Assembly: GCA_964016885.1 (NCBI GenBank)
Contig: OZ024745.1
Span: forward strand, 12,462,001 to 12,526,000
DNA: 64,000 nucleotides
Direction: 5' to 3'
From: Eledone cirrhosa
Taxonomy: Eukaryota
Below the pieces are notes generated by a model. It did not search any database, was not told the DNA's origin, and saw only the letters and a program-made list of their open reading frames with translations. How positions within the stretch are numbered: the stretch's first letter is position 1; each line of letters opens with the position of its first letter. A program made the position numbers and the translations under genes. This document shows positions 50,296 to 60,925 of the stretch, piece by piece.

Positions 50296-53200
50296 TTCGG
50301 TTCATTCATCTATATATCTTACAGTCCCCCAGAATCAAAAATTGTATTCATAATTGTCTTTCTATAATTCTGTCTCACTGTTGTTCTAAAAAATAAGTCT
50401 GCTCCTCGGTTCTTTCATCTATATATCTTACAATCCCCCAGTATCAAAAACCGTATTCATAATTGTCTTTCTAAAAATCTTCCCCACGTTGTGCTAAATA
50501 ATATTCCTGCAACCATTTTGGCCGAAAAATTTTGCCAGGTTTTATTGGGATGGCCTCTCTCTCTCGGCCTGCTGAAATCGCCTCTCACCCTCTAACCCTC
50601 TCACTCTCACTATCATATACGCTGCTCTCTCACTCCCTGCCAACCAAATATAAATAAGTCTTGTTACGGGGGACTAAACTCAGAATTTGTCAACTATTAT
50701 TGATGGTCGCTCGCTCGTTCAGTCTACTTCTAAGAAATGTAACGTACATATCTCATTTTCTTCTCAACTCTCCACCCAACCCTTCGGTTCATTCATCTAT
50801 ATATCTTACAGTCCCCCAGAATCAAAAATCGTATTCATAATTGTCTTTCTATAATTCTGTCTCACTGTTGTTCTAAAAAATAAGTCTGCTCCTCGCGAAC
50901 TACCCAATACCCCTCCCTCCCGCCCCCACTCACCACCTTATTATTTGGACCAATCACAAGTAAACGACCTATGCTAGCACTTCTGGTTGCTTTTCGATAT
51001 GATGGATGAACTAGGGAATTCCTGGAGAGTAAGAAGAATCTGGACACCCGAAGACAATGCAAAAGATAACGACAAATTCACCTCATGCTGCCGGACGAAA
51101 GGGCAAGGCCCCACCCTCTTTGTTGCGGCCGCGGATGGCCAACATAACCCCAACCCCATCCACCTCACCCCTCCCTGCACCCCACCCACCAAACACAATC
51201 CAAAACTTCAGAGTTGGTACCATGAATGTAGGGACCTTAAAAGGCCGCTCTAACGAGGTTGTAGAAATGCTTGAACGTAAGGAGGTTGATGTCTGCTGTA
51301 TCCAAGAGACCAGGTGGAGGGACGGGTCTGCTAGATTCATTGTGGGTAAAAAACGATGCTATAAGCTTTTCTGGGTGGGGTAGGAATCATGTTAGCAGAA
51401 AAATGGGTGGATAAGATAATAGACGTAAATAGAGTAAACGACAGAATAATTAAAATAAGACTTGTTCTAAATAGAACTACTGTGACGATAATATCTGCAT
51501 ACGCGCCCCAATCCGGACTGCCTGGCGCTATAAAAGACACTTTCTATGAGACACTGATGCTCACTACCTCCCAAATAACCGACAGTGACTATATTATTAT
51601 TGCTGGCGACCTAAATGGTCATGTTGGACAACATTGTGATGGCTATGATGGAATCCGCGGAGGCTATGGGTTTGGTACTAGAAATGAGGAAGGCTCCAGA
51701 ATCCTGTGACACAAATAACCTAACAATCTGTAACACTAACTTCAAAAAACGAGACAATCACTTGATCACCTACAGATCAGGGGAACATACCAGCCAGGTA
51801 GATTATATCCTTACCAGAAGACGTGACAGAGTGTCTGTTGTAAACACCAAATCCCTCCCCCATGAAGAATGCACCTCCCAACACAGACTGATAATTAGCG
51901 ACTTCATAGTCAGGACGAGACGTACCCGACAGCAGAAGAGGACTATCCTCAGGAGAAAAATATGGAAGCTAAAGGACCCTACAGCCAGAAATAAATTTCA
52001 AAGCATATTACTTGATGCTTTCGACAGTAAGGAAGAGCATTTAGAGTCGTACAATATAGAGGAACAGTGGGAACTCCTGAAAGCAAACCTGCTGATGGCG
52101 GCAGACGAAGTCTGTGGCCGGAGCAGGCCTATAGGCAGGAGGAGAGTAACATGGTGGTGGAACAGTAAGGTGGAGGAGTCGATTAAGGCCAAAAAGCAGG
52201 CTTGGAAAGTATGGCGGGATGGGGGAAGTAGAGAAGACTATCAAGTGGCCAGGAGGGAAGCTAGGAGACAAGTGTACTTCGCAAGAAGGGAAGCAGAGGA
52301 AAGAAAGTTCAAGCATGTTCTACAACGCGAGGACCAAAAACGTGAGGTGTTCAGGATTGCTAGGCAATGTGTCAAGGAAAACCGTGATATTGTCGGGGAG
52401 AAGTGTGTACTAAATGATGATGGCGTACTTGCCATCACTGACGCTGATAAGAAGGTAGCTTGGAAGTGTCACTACGAAAGGCTACTAAATGAGGAGAATA
52501 AATGGGAGAAGAATAGTCTCCCCCAGATCGATCCAATAGAGGGACCAGCAGTGTTAGTTGAAGGTAGTAAAATAAGTAAGGCAATCAAAGATATGAAGAC
52601 GGGTAAGGCGGCTGGGCCTTCGGAAATAGTTGCTGAGATGCTGAAAGCCTCTGGAATGGTGGGACACACCATGGTCACCCAGATAGTAAACCAAGTCATA
52701 CAGAATGGGTTTGTTCCGAAGGACTGGCGTAGCAGCATCATCATTAACTGTTACAAGGGTAAAGGAGACGCCCTAGATAGGAGTAACTATAGAGGCATTA
52801 AATTAATCGACCAGGTCATGAAGGTCACGAAAAAAGTAATAGTGCAACTAATCAGAGAGAGAATTGATCTAGATGAAATGCAGTTCGGGTTTGTGTCAGG
52901 CAAAAGTACCACAGACGCTCTTTACATTGTACGACAACTACAGGAGAAGTACCTAGCTAAAAGTAAACCCCTATACTTAGCCTTTGTCGACTTGGAGACA
53001 GCGTTCGACAGAGTCCCCCGTTCCATTATCTGGTGGGCTCTTAGAAAACTAGGTGTTGATGAATGGCTTGTGAGAGCTATACAAGCCATGTATAAAGAAA
53101 CAGTCAACAAGGTTAGAATTAACAACGAATATAGTGAAGAGTTTAGCGTAAAAGTTGGTGTTCATCAGGGCTCTGTTCTTAGCCCCCTACAATTTATTAT

Positions 53201-54250
53201 TGCCCTACAGGCTATAACAGTGGAGTTCAAGACCGGCTGCCCATGGGAACTCCTATACGCAGATGATCTAACACTCATAGCTGAATCAATGGCCGAGCTA
53301 GAGAAGAAATTCCAAACATGGAAGCACGGCCTAGAATCAAAAGGCCTTAAAATTAACCTGGCTAAGACTAAAGTTCTAGTTTGTAGGAAAGAAAATAAGG
53401 CGGCGGTCCCTTCCGGGAAATGGCCATGCTCAGTGTGTAGGAAAGGCGTAGGTAGAAACTCCATTTTATGTCCCAAATGCAAAGTATGGGTGCATAAAAG
53501 ATGTAGTGGGATCACAGGTAAGCTAACTAAGAACATAGATTTTACATGTGGCCGGTGCTCTGGTGCAATAAGTAGCAGCAAGTGCCCACAAAATACTAGC
53601 TCTTTTAATTGCGCAGAGGGTCCTATAGAAATAGTGGACAGCTTCCATTACCTGGGTGACAAAATCAGCAGTGGGGGTGGGTGCTCTGAAAGTACAGTAG
53701 CTAGAGTCAGAACTGGATGGAAAAAGTTGAGAGAGCTTATACCACTATTAGCCGCTAAAGGGTTCTCCCTAAAAATGAAAGGTAGGCTGTATGATGCCTG
53801 CATATGAACAGCAATGTTGCATGGCAGTGAGACCTGGGCATTGTGTGCAGAGGATATACGCAGACTAGAGAGGAACGAAGCTTGCATGCTCCACTGGATG
53901 TGCAATAGTAATATACGCGAACGGCAAAGCATAAACGAACTAAGGGAAAAATTATAAATAAGAGGGATCAGATGTTTAGTCGAGAGAAGGCTACGTTGGT
54001 ATGGTCACGTGATGCGCATGAAAGACGACAGCTGTATAAAAAAGTGCAGGGCAATAAAGATAGACGGTAGCCACGGAGTAGGCAGACCCAGAAAAACCTG
54101 GGACGACCCGATAAATTCCAACCTCACACACTTATACCTCTCCAAGACAATGTCACTGGACCGAGATCTTTGGCGGTACTCAGTAACAGAGAAGAGCCGC
54201 CTTACCTGAAATACAAAGTAAAACCTACTACAGTCAGTAGGCATCTCTAA
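50296..54250 (+). mobile_element. Near full-length RTE LINE with PHD-like finger
   Basis: 5' UTR with ~110-bp repeats (50296, 50404, 50782). APE (GTMNVGTLKGR, CIQETRW, SAYAPQ, AGDLNGH), RT (MQFGF, GVHQGSVLSP, LLYADD) and C4HC3 finger. Confidence 0.95.
51615..53807 (+). CDS. RTE ORF: endonuclease C-terminus, reverse transcriptase and PHD-like finger (partial; upstream frameshifts, ends at shared TGA)
   Basis: 730-aa open frame with YADD and CSVC..CPKC..H..C..CGRC. Confidence 0.9.
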   Translation: MVMLDNIVMAMMESAEAMGLVLEMRKAPESCDTNNLTICNTNFKKRDNHLITYRSGEHTSQVDYILTRRRDRVSVVNTKSLPHEECTSQHRLIISDFIVRTRRTRQQKRTILRRKIWKLKDPTARNKFQSILLDAFDSKEEHLESYNIEEQWELLKANLLMAADEVCGRSRPIGRRRVTWWWNSKVEESIKAKKQAWKVWRDGGSREDYQVARREARRQVYFARREAEERKFKHVLQREDQKREVFRIARQCVKENRDIVGEKCVLNDDGVLAITDADKKVAWKCHYERLLNEENKWEKNSLPQIDPIEGPAVLVEGSKISKAIKDMKTGKAAGPSEIVAEMLKASGMVGHTMVTQIVNQVIQNGFVPKDWRSSIIINCYKGKGDALDRSNYRGIKLIDQVMKVTKKVIVQLIRERIDLDEMQFGFVSGKSTTDALYIVRQLQEKYLAKSKPLYLAFVDLETAFDRVPRSIIWWALRKLGVDEWLVRAIQAMYKETVNKVRINNEYSEEFSVKVGVHQGSVLSPLQFIIALQAITVEFKTGCPWELLYADDLTLIAESMAELEKKFQTWKHGLESKGLKINLAKTKVLVCRKENKAAVPSGKWPCSVCRKGVGRNSILCPKCKVWVHKRCSGITGKLTKNIDFTCGRCSGAISSSKCPQNTSSFNCAEGPIEIVDSFHYLGDKISSGGGCSESTVARVRTGWKKLRELIPLLAAKGFSLKMKGRLYDACI

Positions 54251-54269
54251 CAACCCTGTGATGATATAT

Positions 54270-56860
54270 GTCATGATGGCTACCTATCTCACGATTTCCC
54301 ACTCACCACCATTGGCTATTTGACCAATCAAACCTCAGCAACATGTCCTTACCCATTACCAGCCCCAACAAACTCTGCCATTACTCCTACTGTCCTTCTA
54401 GTCCTGCACCAAAGAATTTTTGTTTACCGTTATCTATGGATAAATGCAACAACCCTGAACAAATAAATGAATATGAATCCACGGGTTACCAAGCACCCAT
54501 GCGAAGCTTTAATTCAGAGACAGGAAGCATACACACTCCCCTGCAAAAATTCACCCTTTTTCACAAATGATGGGAAATGTCCAAAACTCTGAGTTGGAAC
54601 CATCAACGTAAGCACAATGAAAGGAAGAGCAGGAGAAATTGTAGAAATGCTAGAGTGAAAGGAAATTGACGTATGCTTGAGGTGTTCAAGATTGCGAGGC
54701 AGTGTGTCAGAGAGAATTGTGATGTCATTGGAGAGAAGTGTATCCGGAATGATAAAGGTGAGCTTGCCCCCACAAGTGCTGAAAAGAAAGATGCATGGAA
54801 GAGTCATTATGATAGATTACTAAATGAGGAGAATACATGGGAAGAAGAGACCCTACCCCAAGTAGACCCTATAGAAGGGCCAGCAGTACAAGTCAGCAGC
54901 AGCGTAGTAAGTAAGGCAATTAAAGATATGAAGATGGGGAAGGCAACCGGTCCATCGGGTATAGCTGCCGAGATGCTGAAGGCATCTGGGTCTGTAGGCC
55001 ACACTATAACCACACATATTGTTAACCAGGTAATACTAGAAGGTGTCATACCAAAAGATTGGTGCAGTAGCATCATTGTCAACTGCTACAAAGGTAAAGG
55101 TGATGCACTCGATAGAGGAAACTATAGAGGTATAAAGCTGATGGACCAGGTCATGAAAGTAACAGAAAGAGTTATAGCACAGTTGATTAGGGACCGGGTG
55201 TAACTAGATGAGATGCAATTTGGGTTTGTACCAGGAAGAGGCACCACTGATGCCCTCTTCCTTGTGATGCAGTTACAGGAAAAAAAGTACCTAGCTAAAA
55301 GTAAGCAACTCTACCTGGCATTCGTCGATCTCGAGAAAGCCTTTGACAGAGTTCCACATACTGTAATCTGGTGGGCTCTTAGAAAACTAGGAGTGGATGA
55401 ATGGCTTGTGAAAGCTGTACAAGCCATGTATAGGGGAGCAGTCAGCAAAGTTAGGATTAGCAATGAGTATAGCGAGGAATTTAGCATACAGGTTGGGGTC
55501 CACCAGGGCTCTGTTCTTAGCCCTCTCCTGTTCATCATAGTCCTGCCGGCAATAACGGAGGAGTTTAAGACCGGATGCCCATGGGAACTCCTATATGCTG
55601 ATGACCTCGCACTTATAGCTGAATCTATGATAGAACTAGAGAAGAAATTCCAAACTTGGAAGCAGGGACTAGAAAGAAAGGGTCTCAAAGTCAACATGAC
55701 AAAGACTAAGGTTCTTGTAAGTAGACGAGAAAACAGAACCCAGATCCCCTCAGGGAAATGGCCTTGCTCAGTATGTAGGAAAGGTGTAGGTAGGAACTCC
55801 ATTCTCTGCCCCAAATGCAAACAATGGGTACACAAGAGATGTAGCGGGATCTCAGGAAGCTTAATTAAGAATGTAGGCTTCACATGCAGCAGCTGTACTG
55901 GGACAGCAAGCAGCAAACAGCCACAGGAAACAAGTACCACCAATCTCTGGGAGGGCTCTGTAGAGACAGTAGACAGCTTCTGCTACCTAGGTGACCGAAT
56001 TAGCAGCGGAGGTGGGTGTTCAGAAAGTACAATAACTAGGGTAAGAATGGGATGGAAGAAGTTCAGGGAACTACTACCACTGCTAGCTGCAAAAGGCTTC
56101 TCCCTCAAAATGAAAGGCAGACTGTATGATGCGTGTATCTGAACAGCAATGTTACATGGTAGTGAGACCTGGGCGCTGAAGGTGGAAGACTTACGTAGAT
56201 TAGAGAGAAACGAAGCCTGCATGCTCCGATGGATGTGTAATAGTAATATACGCGAACGACAAAGCATAAATGAATTGAGAGAGAGACTGAGCATAAGAGG
56301 AATCAAATGCTGTGTGCAGGAGAGACGGTTGCGTTGGTATGGACATGTGATGCATGTGAAGGATGACAGCTGCATAAAAAGGTGCAGAGCACTAGAAGTC
56401 AATAGAAACCGCGGAGTGGGGAGACCCAAGATGACCTGGGATGAGGTGATAAAAGCTGACCTTACCCAATTACACCTCTCAAAGGCGATGACACACGACC
56501 GTGACCTCTGGCATCACGCAGTAATACAGAGTACCCGACCTCTCATGGGTACAAGCTGAAGCATATAGACAATATTCCCCCACACCCTCCCACTGCAAGG
56601 TGGTCGTGGAGGTGCCACGGCACAAAAACACCCAGCCCACACTGTAAAGTGGACATGTAGGCGCCACGAAAAAGCATCCAGCACTCACTGTAAATGAGGT
56701 TGGTGTTAGGAAGGGCATCCAGCTGTAGAAATCAAGCCAAATGAGTTCCTGTATGAGCAAGGCATGGTCAGCCGACCAGACACTGCCCACAACAGGACAA
56801 CCCGTCTAACCCATGCTAGCATGGAAGAACGGACGTAAAACGGTGATGATGATGATGATG
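54270..56860 (+). mobile_element. Second RTE copy with internal deletion
   Basis: EN start (GTINVSTMKGR) joined to EVFKIARQC. RT ORFs 54673-55203 and 55213-56142, C-terminus 56149-56559, (GAT)n tail at 56843-56860. Confidence 0.93.
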
Positions 56861-58590
56861 TGTGCAAGAGACTAGATGGAAAGGAGAGTTTGCTAGAGTG
56901 TTTGTAGGCAAAAATCAGTGCTATAAATTTTTCTGGGTGGGAAATGACAATGGGATGGGCGGTGTAGGTATACTATTAGCTGACAAATGGGTAGATAAGG
57001 TAATCTCAGTGAACAGGGTGAACGCAAGAATCATTAAACTCAGCTTAGTCCTGAATAAAACAATTGCTACAATCATATCAGCTTACGCACCCCAATCGGG
57101 GTGCCAGACAAACTTAAGAATAGGTGTTACGAGTCCTTAATGCACACTACTGGCCTAACAAGCAACAATGACTTCATAATTATTGCAGGGGACTTTAATG
57201 GACATGTTGGGAAACACCGTTACGGCTTCTATAGAGTCCATGGAGGCAATACAAGTCAGGAGCAGTATAGTAAATAAGGCAATTAAAGATATGAAGACTG
57301 GGAAGGCAAACGGTCCATCGGATATAGCTGCCAAGATGCTGAAAGCATCTGGGTCGGTAGGTCAAACCATAACCACACGTATTGTTAACCAGGTAATACT
57401 AGAGGGTGTCATACCAAAGGATTGGTGCAGCAGCATCATTGTCAACTGCTACAAGGGTAAAGGAGATGCACTAGATAGAAGAAACTATAGAGGTATAAAG
57501 CTGATGGACCAGGTCATGAAAGTAATGGAAAGAGTTACAGCACAGTTGATCAGGGACTGGGTAAAATTGGATGAGATGCAGTTTGGGCTTGAGCCAGGAA
57601 AAAGCACCACTGATGTTCTCTTCCTTCTGAGGCAGTTACAGGAAAAGTACCTAGCTAAAAGTAAGCCGCTCTACCTTATAGCTGAATCTATGGCAGAACT
57701 AAAGAAACAAGCACCACCAAACTCTGGGAGAACTCTGTAGAAACAATAGACAGCTTTTGCTACCTAGGTGGCCGAATGAGCAGCAGAGGTGGGTGTTCTG
57801 AAAGTACAGTAACCAGGGTAACAATGGGATTGAAGAAGTTCAGGGAGCTACTGCCACTGCTAGCTGCAAAAGGCTTTTCTCTCAAAATGAAAGGCAGACT
57901 GTATGATGCATGCATACGAACAGCAATGTTACATGGTAGTGAGACCTGGGCACTGTCTGTAGAAGACTTGCGTAGATTAGAAAGAAACAAAGCTTGCATG
58001 CTCCGATGGATGTGTAATAGTAATATACGCAAACAGCAAAGCATAAACGAATTGAGAGAGAGACTGAGCATAACAGGAATCAAATGCTGTGTGCAGGAGA
58101 GGAGGTTGTGTTGGTATGGACATGTGACATGTGTATGAAGGATGAAAGCTACATAAAAAGGTGCAGAGCACTAGACGTCAATGGAAGCCGTGGAGTGGGG
58201 AGACCCAAGAAGACCTGGGATGAGGTGGTAAAAGCCAACCTTACTCAATTGCACCTCCCAAAAGTGATGACACTGGACCGTGACCTCTGGCTTCACACAG
58301 TAATACAGAAGACCCGACTTCCCCCGGGTACAAGCCGAAGGTGAAGCATATAGACAATATGCCCCCACCTCCTCCCACTGTAAAGTGGTCGTGGAGGTGT
58401 CACGACAAAAAAGCACCCAGCACTCACTGTGAGGTTGGTGTTAGGAAGGGCATCCAGCTGTAGAAATCAAGCCAAAATCGGTTCCCAACTTAGCAAGATA
58501 AGGTCACCCGACCTGGCACTGCCCAAAACAGGACAACTCGTCTAACCCATACTACCGTGGAAGAATGGACGTAAAACGGTGATGATGATA
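56861..58590 (+). mobile_element. Third RTE copy, multiply deleted
   Basis: QETRWKG/SAYAPQ EN piece, RT piece 57250-57700, C-terminus 57776-58344, 3' tail. Confidence 0.92.
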
Positions 58591-58819
58591 TACATATATA
58601 TACTGTGTACAGTATATATACACTATATATTATACCCTATATATGATGTCCAAGAGAAAGGCAATGGCTGATACAGCTTGGCACCAGTGACGTCACAACG
58701 TATATATATATATATACACTATGTATATATTATATATACATTGTGTACAGTATATATACACTATATATATATGTCCAAGAGAAAGGCTATGACCGATACA
58801 GCTTGGCACCAGTGACATC

Positions 58820-58930
58820 ACAGCCGAGTAAACTGGAGCAACGTGAAATAAAGTGTCCTGCTCAAGGACACAACACATCACCCGGTCCGAGAATCGAACT
58901 CACCACCAATGCTTTAACCACTAAGCCATG
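58820..58930 (-). mobile_element. SINE family 2 head fragment
   Basis: Reverse complement has CATGGCTTAGTGG (A box) and GAGTTCGATTCTC (B box). Confidence 0.8.
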
Positions 58931-59366
58931 ATACGTTCCAGAACCAACCATGATAGAGAGAGACCATAAAGACAACCGTTGTTTTCATAGTTTAAGCCTT
59001 AAAATACCTCTCCTACACGCTTTAAGTACATATAAACTCATTAAATCACACTTTGGGATTTAAACACCAAAAACAGCCAGTAACGATTGTATAGAAACAA
59101 CCACCAACTATCATACCACTAGTTAACAATGAGGACGATTGCCAGCCACGGTAGCCACTTGGTAATACGCTGCACATCTCCGGTCAATCTATGAAGGGTT
59201 TGTAGTAGATTAGAGCAAAACACAATCACAATTTTCTATATATAAAAGAGGAGGAAGAAATATATTTTTCCAATGTTATATATATTTTCACTTGTATATA
59301 AATACTGGATCGTTGTAGGGTTCACATAATTATATTATTTACAAACATTAATATAAACATTAAGTA

Positions 59367-59553
59367 TGGCAGGTGGATTGGCAGTATCGGTAGAGGGTCG
59401 GACGTCATGCTTTCCAGCATAGTTACGTCCCTTTACGATCTGAGTTCAAATCCAGCCGAGGTTAACTTTGCCTTTCATCCTTACGGGGTCGATAAAATAA
59501 AGTACCAGTAATGCACTGGGTAATTGCTGGCCTTGTGCCTAAAGTAGAAACAA
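59367..59553 (+). mobile_element. Full-length SINE family 1 with ~19-bp TSD
   Basis: TTAATATAAACATTAAGTA flanks both sides (59348-59366, 59554-59572). The paralogous site near 38948 is empty. Confidence 0.93.
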
Positions 59554-60284
59554 TTAATATAAACATTAAGTAAATCTTTGTTAACTTACCTTCTTCAGAT
59601 ATAATCAATGTGTTGTGTTGTTAGTTTTTACTAAGCAACCAAAGAAATAATCTCTTTGTTATCAAATTAGAAGTTTCAAAGATGTTATCAGCTTTATTTC
59701 ACGACATTAACGTTGGTGTATCTTCTTTATCTTTAGTCATAAATTGATATCTTGTTAGAATGAAGTAGTGAGGCTGACTTTATGTCTTTAGCTACAGATT
59801 TGATAGGAAATATATATATATATTAGGTTGATATGTGGTCTAAAATATATATATTGTCTATAAATGACTGATAGCAGATGTTCTGGTGAAATAGTAGGTT
59901 TACTACTACAGATTGTAATGGAACTCTTAGTAGACACAATTGTAAAGTAAGAATAGATATGACAGTGTAAGACTGATGTCGGGGAGAGAAAATTGTGTGT
60001 ATATATATATATAATTGTTACACAAGATATAATTAGATTAATTAAAGTTATAATGAAGACAGCAGGTACGCGGTGTCGTCGGGAATGATTCAACTTTCGT
60101 GTAGGTGTCATACGTTAAAAGTCCCTGATATAATTTAATACCTTCAGACACAGTTCCAATTATATTTAATTTATTGTAAATCAGAAAGTATCACTTAGTA
60201 AAATATCAATTATATAACTATAAGAAAACCTGTACGTAGTCTCTCTAACTGCTAGAAATAGCGGCGATATTATCCATTACAACT

Positions 60285-60285
<1 letters not shown>

Positions 60286-60373
<88 letters not shown>
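60286..60373. repeat. (CT)n(TA)n compound microsatellite
   Basis: Read directly. Other pure (TA)n runs at ~28798-28851, 32725-32778 and 33495-33538. Confidence 0.97.
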
Positions 60374-60379
<6 letters not shown>

Positions 60380-60519
60380 TGCCCCCTCGTTATCGAGTAT
60401 GGCCATTGCACGAGACAAAACCCCAACAACAACAACAACAATAATAATAATATACATATATATATACACACACACGCACACACATAAACATATCTAAACA
60501 CACATACACACACGATAGC

Positions 60520-60925
60520 AATTAACAGCGCTGCAATCGAATGTGGCCTTTTAGCCCAGCCAATGATCTAAAATGTCATGCACAGAGTCGGCAACAAAAC
60601 ATTCACTGGGAATAGCCGGCTGTGGTTGGAGTTCATATACTTTTACCTGTCGTTTGAGCCCTCCTGCTGATTTACATTCTCTACCACATGCTTGGCAAGC
60701 ATGATGAGTAGCATCTCCAACAGCAGTCTGGTAGTTAACCACTGGTCTTACTTTATGACTGCGAATATGACTTTCGAGTCCAGCTTCGCCGTCTGGAAAT
60801 GCAACAGCAATGCCCTTCCTCACATCCCGCTTTACTTTCTAGTATGCGATTCGAGATGCCTCAAAGGCAACTTTTCCCTCATATACAGTCTGTAGTGGCT
60901 GAGATGGTCGCTTGGTAGCTAGCAG
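60520..60925 (-). mobile_element. RTE (BovB-like) LINE 3' fragment
   Basis: Minus strand encodes an RP.LRL.DC..KVA-like segment and HACQACGRECKSAGGLK, related to the 6900-7400 C-terminus. Confidence 0.75.
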
